Source: Stylophora pistillata
Lineage: Eukaryota
Direction: 5' to 3'
DNA length: 64,000 bases
Assembly (NCBI RefSeq): GCF_002571385.2
Contig: NW_019217793.1
Coordinates: 1,229,054 to 1,293,053 of the forward strand
Shown piece by piece: positions 24,401 through 38,200 of this stretch. The translations under genes and the position numbers were made by a program. Position 1 is the stretch's first letter; the number at the start of each line of letters is the position of its first letter. The notes beneath the pieces are model-generated. The model did not search any database. It was given only the letters and a program-made list of their open reading frames with translations, and was not told the DNA's origin.

Positions 24401-27400
24401 TAGGTTAGCGTTTGTCTATGAGTTTGTTTCTCGAGTTAAAGAGCTGCAACAGTAGTAATTAAAAGAAACATTCTGAGTTAATGTGCCAATGGGAAGTCCA
24501 ATGCACACAAATAGCCAAAAATATCACAATCGTCACTGATAAGCCTTTTCTGGCTAGAAGTGTGAGCTGATTTTGTACAGACCGTGAAATATCCTTCGGC
24601 GTACATGATTACAGGTATTCACTCTCTTCAATTTTCTACAGATCCCATAATTCCTGCAAATGTTTGGAACCATGTGGTCGGCACGTATGACGCGCGCACA
24701 GGTATCGCCAAGATTTTTGTCAATGGACGACTAAAAGCTGAGGCAGCCGGGAAGGGTCTCTTGTCTCAAGACTGGGATGCACATGCTGGAATCGGAAAAC
24801 ACAAAAACCAAAGGTTTCTCCAGGGAGAAGTGGACGAGTTTAGGATTTACAACAAGGCTTTGCCGCAGAGCGAAATTGTGAAACTCATGAAAGTGTGCAG
24901 TTTTGAAAGAGGTAAGTGGGCGATGGTTGGGTGGTAACACAGTGTTTAAACGTCTGTGCATGTGCTATCGTAATATGAAAATCATCCATTGAGGTCTTTC
25001 GTTTTCAGTTCAAATATGTAATGTACGTCTACTTAAGATCTCTCATTTGCTTTTCCTCAGTTTGTGGCGGCCTTTTTAATAGTCCAAAAGGCATTTTGGA
25101 ATCACCGGAATGGCCCAAAAGCTATAAAGGGAAAACGTCCTGTACTTGGCATCTATCTGTTGATCCGAGTGAGAAAATCACGCTAAGTTTTAAACGCTTC
25201 AGTTTGGATGAAGATGGAACGTGCAAAAAGGCCAAACTTGTAGTTAGAGATGGAAGCAGAGAAAATTCGGAGGCACTCGGGGTTTACTGTGGAACCAAGT
25301 GGCCGTCAGGGATAACATCTAGTGGGAATCATTTGTTGGTACAGTTTACCAGTACTGCGGGAGGGAAAGGGAAAGGTTTTCTCATCTCTTACAACACAGG
25401 TAGGATGTAAATGAGATCATCAACCGTTCTGCCTTTTGCCTTGTTCTTACTGGGTTACTTTTGATTTTAGAGATCTATAGTAATTTGGGATTGTTTGTTT
25501 GTTATTATAGAGTTTTAGATCCACGTTAGGAGTCACGTGACCAGACTCCGGCGGTCACGTTCAAAACTGCTGACCTCAAACTGCTAACCGCGGTTTGACG
25601 TTTGCGGTTAACTCACCAAACGTAGATCTTAAACTCTCTATTGTTTTTTAAATTTCACTCCACCCTCACCTCCAATCAGATACTAAAATCCACTCGCGGC
25701 TTTGGAATTGATATTTTCCCAGCAGCCTTTACATGCTTTTACTGTAACCTCTGTGCGGCTCCTTGTGACATTTTCTTATTCTTTTCTTAATTCTAACGCC
25801 TTTTCTATTGAGAAGCGGAATTATTATAAAATCATTTAAGAAGAAGCTCTAAGATTATTTGAAAGGAGTGTTAAGGGCTGCTGCTTTAATTTCCAATACG
25901 AGTTTACCTATAATCAGTCAGGTCCACCAATGTGAAATTTATTTGTGAAATGGTCTGAAGAAGCAGATGAACATGGTCAGTACGATAAACACACTCAAAT
26001 CATAAGCTTAGTAGTTTCGACTGGGGTTTTTCATCAGACTTAACGTGTGTTAGATTGCTTACCTTGCTTGAATTAATTTAAATCAGGTTTTCGAGTTGTG
26101 TCGATCAATTTGAAGCTTCAACATCCCCCCCCCCCCCCCTGCGCGCGGCAATTAAACTTTTGAAGATTGGTTCGTTCAAATTGCCACCTCCCCTCCCGGC
26201 AAAAATTGCGTGCAAATGTCCCACTTGAGGAGAATTATATAATGAACGATTCTTTGTGTGATCAACGAATGTTGTAGCATTTAATCACTCACTAGTTTTT
26301 GGTGCCGTTGTTTGGCTTTTCGCTTGTAAGCATCATTCTACGATGTGAAATTTTCGTCTAAGTCATTAACTCACGAAAGCGGACTCTTTACTTTAAGATT
26401 AAGACGCTTGTATTCAGTTTGTTCAATTTCCCCACCCCTGTGGCATGCACGACAGTCAAATTCCCGTGGATTGTCTGAGGAAAAGAAGTTGAAGCTTCGA
26501 TTTGATCGACACATACAACATATACAGACTATAATAAGCAAAACATCAAATGATGGAATTATATTACTTTCATTTTGCTAGAAACCTTCCACCAGACCAA
26601 GAAAACTGAAAGACCACCGACACCCACACAAGCTGACGACTCGCAGAGATGCGCCGTTACCAGACCCGAATATAATGTTACACTAATCGGCGGCATCAAA
26701 TCTGGGATCTTCTCTGAGGCAAAGCACGTGCACGACATGGACTTGTGCACGAGACATTGTTGTTTACGAAAGTCGTGCGACCTAGCCTTCATGATCCGAG
26801 ACTCGTGCTATTTGGTGAAATGTACCAGTCAGAGTTTATGTAAGACCAAACCGGCGCGACCTTCAAGTATGAACCCCAGGATCACTTTCGTATCACACTT
26901 ACGGTCGATGACACCCGAACCAGGTAAATAAATTTGCAATAACTGTAACCGCGAGTTTACCCAAGAAATCGCATCAACAGAATTACGTTCAAACGCATGA
27001 AGTTTTACGCACGATGTTACCAGTTGAAAATGACTAACATTTTCAATGTTACTTTTCACAGTTTCTGCTGTCATAAAATAGAATAACTAAAACTTTATAA
27101 ACCGTGAGCTCCTTCTAATTTCGTGCAATTGATCAGTGGCTTTGAAGCTTAATATTCCTTCTTTTCCTCAGAACTGTCTGTGGATGGAAGCGCTTACAAC
27201 AAAGCCATCACCTCAAGTATATCCAAACCAACAACTCTGCCCGCAAAGGAACAACGTGTTTGTCACCACACGGCTGTAAGCTACAACGTTACTCTGGTCG
27301 GCGGTATCAACGCTGGAAAATTCAGCACGTATGGTGGAGCCCGCAATATCGATGAGTGCATAGGTCATTGTTGCCGTGAAGACAAGTGCGACGTCGCGTT

Positions 27401-29561
27401 TATGATCCAGGGAAATTGTTACGCGGTGGAATGTACGGATGCGGAGGGGTGTCAGGTGAAGCGAGCAAAACCTTCCGCTTACAACCCTACTGTGGCATAC
27501 GTATACCGTGGCAATGAAAGACCGATAGGGGGTGAGTTAGGAGAATAATTTTGGGCGAGGCATCTTCCGGAATGTCAGGTTTGAGGAATGTTTAGGTTGA
27601 AGAAGGTTTTCAGGGTTACGAAGGCTCGTAAACTCCATTTCCGTTTACTATCTTGGATGATTTTCCGCTGTAGCCTCCACTTTCTTCTCGTATTCTTTAG
27701 AGCAGAATGTTGTTTCAGTCTGGAAACTGGGATGCTTTCTCAACTTCAAAAACCTTGTTTCGTTAACTATTCCGCTATTTCCTCTGTTGAGTGGTTGTTC
27801 GCTTAACATCAGACATATCAACATAATCATTCTAAGCAACATATGGCAATCTGCGGTCTTTCCTTACACTAAGGTAGCACGGAAAGCCGTAAAAATCTTG
27901 AACAAAAGCTCATCTTTCAAACCGGCAGTCTAAATCCCACAGGGATCAACGAACGCTTTTCATTCCACTAATTTATTCTTATTTTTCTCGTTGCCATGTT
28001 CCCACCAATAACGCAGCTCCATTTTCTGCCTTTAAAAGCACACACAACCCACAATTCCTCTATTCGCTCCGACGAAGGGCTAACGCTCGAAACGTCAGCT
28101 TTTGTAATCGTTACGGTGGCCAATTTNNNNNNNNNNNNNNNNNNNNNNNNNNNNNNNNNNNNNNNNNNNNNNNNNNNNNNNNNNNNNNNNNNNNNNNNNN
28201 NNNNNNNNNNNNNNNNNNNNNNNNNNNNNNNNNNNNNNNNNNNNNNNNNNNNNNNNNNNNNNNNNNNNNNNNNNNNNNNNNNNNNNNNNNNNNNNNNNNN
28301 NNNNNNNNNNNNNNNNNNNNNNNNNNNNNNNNNNNNNNNNNNNNNNNNNNNNNNNNNNNNNNNNNNNNNNNNNNNNNNNNNNTTGTTGTTTGATTTATCA
28401 TCTACGGGTTTATGTCGAATTAATTTAATGGCCTGCTCCCAGTTGGCTTGTTAGCTCAATTGGTAGAGCGCTGCACTAGTATCGCAGAGGTCAGTGGTTC
28501 GAATCCCGTACAGGCCTGAATTTTTTTCAGGTCTGATTTTCACTATTGCTTAAATAGTGCTTTACTGCGAAGGATCGTGCACATATACGTTTCATAACCG
28601 CAGTTCATATATATGTATTTCATATGTTTGTTGTTTGATTTATCATCTACGGGTTTATGTCGAATTAATTTGATGGCCTGCTCCCAGTTGGCTTGTTAGC
28701 TCAATTGGTAGAGCGCTGCACTAGTATCGCAGAGGTCAGTGGTTCGAATCCCGTACAGGCCTGAATTTTTTTCAGGTCTGATTTTCACTATTGCTTAAAT
28801 AGTGCTTTACTGCGAAGGATCGTGCATATACATTTCAACTTTGTTGATATATCCAAATTATTTTTAACATCAGACACATTTGATATTTTCCGCCATCGCT
28901 AACGTATGTGCGAACTTCTCTAAATGCATGCCACAAGCCTGCGACAAGACGCTTACCTTTCCTCTCTCCACTCGAGGCTCCTATATCGATCAACGCAAAC
29001 TCAACTGGGACGAACGCAATCAGATACGAATGAAGTATTCGTCGTATTCTAGCCAACCAGTTCACCTTGCTGTAAGGAGTGAGAGTGCGAAACCTTGACT
29101 CTATCTTTAGAGAAAACGATCAGTACTAGAGGGTGAAAAATATGGTAAGCTTTTTTTCTATTTCACTACATGTTATTTCTTTGTCTTTATTCCTAGATCC
29201 TTTACCGGGTGCTGAAAAGCCAAGCCCAGACGCGTGCGATAAGTTGACCGTCAGTAACACCATATTTAACGCGACACTTCGCGGGGGAATCAAGTCAGGA
29301 AACTTTACTGACAAGGGCGTGGTCAAGCACATGAACGAATGTTCAGCTTATTGCTGCGCAGACGCACAATGCAACGTGGCTTTTCTAATCCGAGACAACT
29401 GTTTCTTAGTATCGTGTAAAGACTATGAGTCTTGCCAAATAAAACCAGCTCTTTCTGAGTATTATCACCCAAGACTGGCTTATGTGAACTGGAGTCCGCC
29501 CGACGACGAAATCCCAGGTATTACCTTTAGTTGTTAAATCCATCGAGTCACTTTTTTTTGT

Positions 29562-29593
<32 letters not shown>

Positions 29594-31678
29594 GGTCGTA
29601 GCAGTAGCAAGTATTAGAAATATTGTAAGAAATAGACAACTTTTTTGAGAGACATGTCTCGGCATGTTTATGCCATCTTCAATCAATGAGTAACAGTACG
29701 TGAGTAATTATATAACAGACAAGTAGATGAATAAAATATTTATAGTATGATGTAATACGAAAGCGGGTACTAATTACAACGTGACACCAAACATCAAAGG
29801 TGTGAACTAAAACGTTAGAAAAGTGTTATAATGCTGTAATTGTTTGTTAAGTTCAGGTTTGATCTTATTTATATAAAAAGCTTTGAGTTTTAAATCAATT
29901 GAGTTGTTAGTAGAATCCAGAATACTAAAGCAAGGAGATGTGTTGAAATGCTGAAAAATATGCGAGTTTTTGTCGCTTTTCGTGTGCTCCTTTATCCTGG
30001 TAGAGAAGTGGCGACTAGTTTCGCCAATATAACGGGAATTACATCCGGCACAAGAAAATTGATAAACTACCATGGATTTTAGAGCATCAGGAGTACGATC
30101 TTTGACACTGAACATGTTTTTAATTTTAAAAGAAGTGAAAACTAGTTTGACTAGGTCCGGTTTACAAATCGGACCTAAATTTGTAAATCGGACCTAAATG
30201 TCACGTTGTAATTAGTACCCGCTTTCGTATTACATCATACTGTAAATATTTTATTCATCTACTTGTCTGTTATATAATTATTCACGTTCTGTTACTCATT
30301 GATTGAAGATGGCATAAGTATGCCGAAACATGTCTCTCAAAAAAAGTTGTCTATTTCTTACAATATTTATTTATTTACTTATTTAATGCTTTTGCATGTT
30401 ATGCCTATTGTTAGTATCGAGGTGCATTTCGATCGATTAAGGTAAAAAATTAAAACCAAAGTAACTCCATCCGCGAAAATGTTTGAAGCACGAGAAACAA
30501 AAGTGACCGGATCGCGGTTACTTTAAGTGTCTTATTGGTTGAGAGGGAAGGGCCAGTTTTCTCAAGCAACTGCCGCGTGCAGAATGAAGCAAAACCAATG
30601 CAGAACTGAGTTTCTTTTGAGAACAGCTCTACTGAACTTCCAAATCCTATTTTGTGTTTTATAGCCCACAGGTGGTATGCGTCCTTAGGCTGCTGGAAAG
30701 ACACGGAAACGTTTGCAGTTACCCCTTTGGAAGGCGCAGATCCTCTACTAACAGAGCCCTATCTCACGCGAAAGAAGCCTATTGACACATGCGCACAAGT
30801 AGCAAGGAAGCATGACTTCAGAGGTAAGCTGTTACCGTTTAGCTCCACGGGATGGAGTAGAGGAGGACCAGGGTATTTAAAGGAGTGTAGGAATTATGTC
30901 AGTATTGTTACTACTTTATAGCATGCGCATATCATGTCAAGTATTGAGTAAACGTGACAGTAATTGCACAGGAGAGGAAATAACTTTCAATACGCGGGTG
31001 TGCTTTAAACCTACTTATAGCTCTCGGCGTCTGCAGAAATGCTCTGGATTTAATGCCCCTTAAGTTTGATACGATATCATACGATGCGATAACTTTATTT
31101 ATACACGGTATTTTCATAGGTCAGTTAAGGTACTCGACTATCTCCCTAACTACAACAACAACAAAAGAAAATGTTTCACAAATAAAAACTGCTTTTCATG
31201 GAGGAGGCCGTGTCTGAAAATTTACTTAAAATTTAAAACATTACTTAAAATTGATGTCGGTCACAATGCACCGTACACATCTTAATCAAATTCTCAGCGT
31301 CCTCTATAGGGGAATCCTTGTTTACAATATTTGCCTCATTAGCATAAGCAATTCAGTTTCTGATGGAGCTAAAAATAAATCAGTTCTGAATATCGAAAGG
31401 TCAAAGTACGATTAATTCGGCCAATGAATACGAGCCTGATGCATTGAATACTTTTTGTGCAACACGGGTTTAAAAACTCAAAATTTTACATAGAATGTAT
31501 GAGCTCATTAGCGCTTTTGCCACCCAAAAATTTTGCAGTATTTGATGGACTATTTCTCCTTGAATATTACACCCAAAGAGCTAAAAATTTCACCATGTAC
31601 TAAGGTTCTCTAGCTCTTTAGCTGCCTAAAGTCAATTTGTATCTAACATGCTTCCTTCTTTACGCAAAGCCGTATGCA

Positions 31679-31710
<32 letters not shown>

Positions 31711-34700
31711 TGAATCCGCCTTATCATCGGCCGGTAATCAAAGTCAGCAGCTTTCTTAAATTGGTTTGATTCTGTATGGAAATTAACTCGTATAATTGTA
31801 CACCAACTTATTTAATGTAAAGAAAGTTGTTTTAAGTTGTAACCAATAATTTTTTTTTGTGTGTCTCAGTTTTTGCCATCCAGAATGGCGGAGCCTGCCT
31901 GAGCGGACCGACAGCGGGGAGAATGTTTAACCAGTTTGGCGAGTCGTCATCTTGTAAGGCGGGAAAGGGAGGTTTGTTCGCCAATGACGTCTACCGACTG
32001 ACAGATTTTGGTGAGTATGTGAAATCAAAGAGATAGATTGCTGTAATGTACGCGCAGAGATTTGAAGTCAGTTAGACATGCTCCCTCGATTCGATTTAAA
32101 TTTTAGGATACATCTCACTTGGTTGCTGGAACGACTCTGGTGTTCATGCCATACCTGTAATGGAGCACTCAGATAAAAAATTAGACGATTTTTACAAATC
32201 ACGCTTGGATCCACTGCGCAAGTGTGGAGAGGTGGCGCGAAAGCGAGGCTACCCGGTGTTCGCCCTTCAGCGAGGAGGAATGTGCTTTGGTGGACCCCGT
32301 GCTGAAATTGACTATAAAACGTACGGAATATCAAGGAGATGCCGCGATGGACTGGGTGGAACTTACGCCAATAGCGTTTATAGACTAATAGGTGAGACAA
32401 ATCAGCTCAAACGTATTTCCCATAGGCGACTTTCTCGGGGCAACAAAACGACAACGGCTACTTTGTTAGCCATCTTAGTGACTTTCCACAGGGTTCAAAG
32501 TCTTGGCCTATCTTTTGTTTCATTATCATCTTCACACAGAATTTTGATCTGTTGACATTGAATTTCAGTTTGTCAACCAAGGAGTTTGTTCACTCACTAC
32601 GAAGAAACTTCTAACTCGAAGACCAGTTGCATGATCTAACTCATACCTACTTTCCAAGATGACAAAAAAAAATGGTTTTTGAGACCAGAATGCAAAAGCT
32701 TAAAAAAACAACTAACAGAATGATTGTTAACTTAATCAACAGTGAGAATTTTTTCACTTTTCCGATGAATACGATTAGCTTTCTTGTCCATACGAAGTTG
32801 TTATAATAAATCAAGTTACCTGTATTACAGATAACTTAGAAGTGGAGCCAACAGAAAGCACAAACAACTTCACATCCCCTTCTAGTGCCACGGGCAGCTC
32901 AACCTCCAGCACTGCGACCACAGGAATCTCGTCAAGCACGTCATCCAGCGACTTCACCCCAACCACGTTCAGTGGAACACAAAGATCACCCACCACTTGG
33001 CCGTCGCCAACACCTGAAATCCAAGAAAACTACCTTACTCTTCAAAACGGCTTGCCACACAAGAACACCTATACAGCGGGTGAAATTCTGTACAACGTAA
33101 CACTGAAGTATGGTATCAAAACAGGAAAGTTTAGCGACAAAGGGAAAGTCGGGAACATGTCCGAATGCGTGCGCGCTTGTGGAAGAATGGAAACTTGTAG
33201 TCTTGCGTTTATGCTAGGGAAACAATGCTTCGCCGTAGCGTGTTATAGTGATGCTCTGTGCCTTACAAAACCTGCGTTTTCGCCCTTTTACAAGCCACAG
33301 ATAGCGTTTGTGAAGCACACGAAGGAGATTGTCTCAGGTGAAAACAAAATCTTGTATTGCCACCGGATTGAGTTTTTGTAATTTGAAAATTTGCGAAAGA
33401 ACTGTCACACTTCAAATGCAAGCGATTGATACTGACCTTGTAAGTTATTATGTATGCGGTCAGTTGTAACCGAGCCCGGGAGTTTATCATGGGGGGGGGA
33501 GGGGAGGGAGGAGGTAGAATAAGGCCAAACTGTGGTTCAAAAAATACGAAATGTTTCTTCAAGGCAAATTACTGGGTCAATCCATACCCGTCTCGCAAAA
33601 CAAGAATCCTTTTATCAGACAAGTAGAAAAAATCCGTCAGGTCTGATAGGGATGGGGTCAAAACCCCCCTGTCCCTCCCAGTGGGTGATAGGGATGGGGT
33701 AAAAAAACCCCTGTCCCTCCCAGTGAGTTCGCCACAGCTATTAATTGAGAGTACATGTAACAATACTTCATGATACTTTTATCTGTCTAAAACCGGGAAG
33801 CAGTTCTGGCAACTGGACGAGTCAGTCTCAGATGGACCTCTTCTCTTTGTCTGTGTACGTGCTCAACCACGCATGCGTTGAATTTCCTTTTGTTTTTGTT
33901 TTGAAGCAAACAAATCCAAACCTTCAGAGGTTTCCCAATGCCGCGCAAGTGCAGCTCACAATGACGTCACACTGGTTGGTGGGATAAACGCGGGAAAGTT
34001 TACTGATCTCGGTAACGCTGACAATATGAGTATTTGCACACAGCGGTGCTGCATGAAAAACGCATGCGATGTGGCGTTCATGCTCGAAAACGAATGCTAC
34101 GGTGTGAGCTGCTTGAATGAATCACTGTGCGAGTCACGTCCCGCAAGAAATCCCGCAAGGTACAACCCGCGAATAGTTTATGTGTATCACGACAAAAAGA
34201 AAGATAACGGTAAGTTTGTGGATTGTTCCCGTTCGAGTTTGTATTTCGTAGTTACACCCACAAATTATTAACTTAAGAAAATAGAGATGTCACTCTTTGG
34301 GTTCTCAGCAGCACGTTAAGCGAGTTTCAGTCAAGAGCTCAGCTGACAGAGTTGAGTTTCGAGCGAAATACTTTACTCTCACTGAGACTTACTCCACCCA
34401 AGAGTATATGAATAAAAATAGGTTCTATGTTGTCTAAGGTCTGTTCGATGATGGTTGAGGTAATCTCGAGGGGGATTATGCCCCGTTTCAACATCCTAAA
34501 GATCACAATCCGGCACTGACCCTTCTTGTCGGAAAGTGTGATATAGACTGTATCAGTGCCGCTAAAGAAACACTGTCTTATTTGTTCACGTTAGCACCCT
34601 TGATACTGATACTCAGGTGATCAAGTCTTTCGGCGCCCACAATGCAAAAAAGTGGACCCTTGAGGCACAGCTGAGTGTGTCACTGATGTTTTTACCACAT

Positions 34701-35200
34701 TTTTGACGTCTTATGTGGTCTGTTACTGAACAGATCCACGTTGACATGAAATCCATTTGTTTTATATAATGAGGAAACAAAATGTTATAATAGTGACGTC
34801 TCTTTGTGTCTGTCCTGCAATAAATCATCAGTAAGAACCAATCAAAATGCATGTAACTAAGCTTACTATAATTTGGTTATATCAACTAAGTTGAAATTGT
34901 TAATCGACCACCGTAAAGAGTTAAAAAGCTGACGTTTCGAGAGTTATCCCTTCGTCAGAGCGAATGGAAGAACTGTGGGTCGTGTGTGTGTGTTTATATG
35001 CAGAAAGTAGAGCTACGCTATTGGTGGGAACATGGTGACGAGAAAAACACGAATAAATTAGTAGAATGAAAAGCGTTCGTTGAAGCGGCTCTATGCACCA
35101 ACCCTCCCTCCGTTTAGGTGTTTTAACGTTCGTCACCATGTTTCCACCAATAGCGTAGTTCCACTTTCTGCATATAAACCCAGACACGACCCACAACTCC

Positions 35201-35232
<32 letters not shown>

Positions 35233-38200
35233 AACGTCAGCTGTTTAACTTTTTACGGTGGCCAACTCACAATTTCAACTTGGTTGATGTAACCAAATTG
35301 CCTTGTTACCCCCACTGACGCAGCACCGCACTTTCTTCAGAAACTTTCACCCTTTAAGCTTACTATAATTTTTGTTTTTGCCAGCAATTTGTAGGAGAAC
35401 TTCATAAAACGCTGGGTGGGTTTTACACACCATCGTCAAATAAAATGGAAAACCGGGAAAGGTTCTGGCAGCAATAAGTCACTTAGCTAACGGACTAAAC
35501 TTAAAGTCGTTTTTGTTTTGTTCCAAACGTTCCTTAAAGTATCAGATAGCGTAGCTCAATACAGCCACCCCTCCCTCAGTTTATGTGTTTTAACACATAC
35601 TTTAAAACGTATATTTGCCTCGAACCTTATTCCACAGTGTTAAACCAGCCAAAACTTAAGGCTGTCCTGAAAATCATCAAGGGCCTCTTGTACGGAAAGA
35701 AGCCACAAAAACAGACTGCAGTAAACTTTATACCTGTGAGTAAGAAACACGTCGATGGCACTGACTTCTTTGTGGAAACAGACGTAAATACTGACATAAA
35801 CAATGACGTAAGCGATGACACTGGTGATAATCACTCGATGAGTAAAAAAATAGACGAAAATTTTTCCACCGATATGTTTACGCCAACGACGCCTCAAATG
35901 CGGTTTGAAACACTCGTAGCGAATATGAAAGGAGGACAAATGGGCATGTATGCTCTGCCAGTCTTTCATGTTGAAGATCAGTCCGAAAGGGGCTCATCTA
36001 CGACAACTGCTACTGCGACACCAGCTAAAGAAGTAGACTCTGTTAAAACAACTCAGATAACACCCCCGCGGAGTATTCTGGGTGTGTTCACGAAGGACAC
36101 GGATTCTTTTATTCACGAGCTTTCAAATACGCATCATACGACTGTTGACAAAGTTTTGAAGGTGCTTCTCCACAAGTTTCTTCATGAAATTGTCAATAGA
36201 AACAAACACAGTAGGAAGTGGAAAGATGAAGACAACAAAGGACGTCCAGATGACTATGAGAACGTTAACGACGCCCTTAAGTCACTTAGTAACGCAGACT
36301 TAGACAGATTTGCTGACTATGCAAGATTACATTTAACGCACAGACAGAACTCTCATACTTCACAAGGTATTTCCACCATGACTAACTGTCCACTGCTTTA
36401 TCTTCAAGAAAACCCCAGGGCAACCAATCACACGTAAACTAAACCGATTTTTTCTTTTTCTCTTCCACAGCGTCACCCCAACCGAAAAGCGTGTGCTGGG
36501 ACGGTGAAATTTTGTACAATTACACTTTGGTTGGGGGTATCAATGCTGGAACATTCAGTGATAATGGGAAAACCACAAACATGGACATATGCATGCAGTT
36601 CTGTTGCAAGCGAGACTCCTGTGATCTGGCATTTATGATTGAGGACGATTGTTACTCAGTGTCATGTAACAGCAATGGGGCTTGTGAGCCAAGAAAGGCA
36701 CGGCCTACCCATTATCTTCCTCGCATTGCCATAAGGAAGAAACCTCAGGGTAAGAAATGACATCGTTAAGGATTTGCACAAGCATAAGACAAAGAAAAAA
36801 TCTGAGTCCTCTGGAAGGAATAGAACTGTAGCAGGTGACGTTGCCCCCTTGCACGGTTGCCCCCAGAGTTTGGTTCGAGATATTTTGCCTGGTTACTAAG
36901 CAGTCGCAACATTGCAATCGCTGGTTCAAGATTTGGATACTCGGAACATCGAACCCCCAAGCTTTAAAACTTGTGTCGAAAGACGTTTCAAACCTTAATC
37001 GAATTTAGATCAAAAGTTGAGGGTGATGCAACGTCAAATTGTGGGCGATGCGACCGTACTTCGGAGCAACGGAACTTCAATTTGGGAAACGGAACTTGGG
37101 GCGACCGTGCAAGGGGTACGACGTCACCTACATTCAGACCTTCGCTTCTCTCACATCACCAGAGATACATGTAGTCACTGTCTTACTCCCGAGAGACTAG
37201 ATACCTTGAGCCATAAAATGGCCAAGAAGGTTTCCTAAGCATTAATGGGAGAACCAATGGCTAACAGGTTAGTGCGCTGGGTTCCGGGCCGAGAAAGACA
37301 CATGGCCTGGTCATCGTGTTTTTTTCTTGAAGAAAACACTTTACTTTCACAGTGTCTCTTTCCACCCAGGAGCAAAAATTAGTACCGATGAATTGTCCGG
37401 AGGCCTTGACGAAATACTGGGGGGGAGGAGGGGGGTAACCTTACTATGGACTTGCATCCCATTCAGGGGAGAAGTAGTGACGATATTTTTAGTCGCTTCA
37501 TGTTATGGAAACCGACGTGAGCTCCTGCTTGAAAGGCCTCTTGGCTCGAGTACAGTCGACTATTTTTCTCTTTTTCCTAAGCGGTGAAGTCTACTAATTA
37601 TGCTTACCTTTGGCAGGTCCTGAAAAACTGAGATTGATATCGATAAAACTACTTGCTTTTCACAGGAAATTACAACGTCAAAGGTATTTTTACTGACATG
37701 ACATCAACACCTCTCACTGCAACTCCGCTGACATCATCAGTGTCACAATCTTCGTCCCCAACGCCCGCCACTTCTCCTTCTCCCACTCTATCAACAATTT
37801 CAGAAGTTCACCAAGGTACTGATTATTAGTTGTAGTGGCTTTTCACTCTGACAACAAATTCAAGTTTAGGATTATTTCGGGTGTGAAACAGCTCTCCTCT
37901 ATGACCTTTCGTATTTTTTTTTTAACACATGCTCTTTTCTTAAAGGAAGAAATTTTAATTTAGCTTCCAGGACGATGTTTAAAGTTGTGTTTCGCAGCCA
38001 AGAAATGCACTTTAACGCAATAGCGGTGAACGTGGTCTTAACTTGCACAAAATGATAAAAAAAAAAAGCCAAAACCATCAGGTTGTTACTTACGGACAGC
38101 TGATTCTGCCTGATCTGGCCTCGTCACTATAACATTGTTTATATTGGAATATGGAAAGAGAAGCAAGTATGGCACTCTTATAAATGCGCATAATAACTGT

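Noticed and set aside
28445-28517. Functional tRNA-Thr(AGT) genes
   Set aside because: Mismatched anticodon and T stems, embedded in a repeated 245-bp unit with a further decayed copy at 55690; better explained as a tRNA-derived repeat.
33644-33725. CRISPR-like or other prokaryotic repeat array
   Set aside because: Only two adjacent copies, no spacers, in a eukaryotic intron; no cas or bacterial genes in the window.
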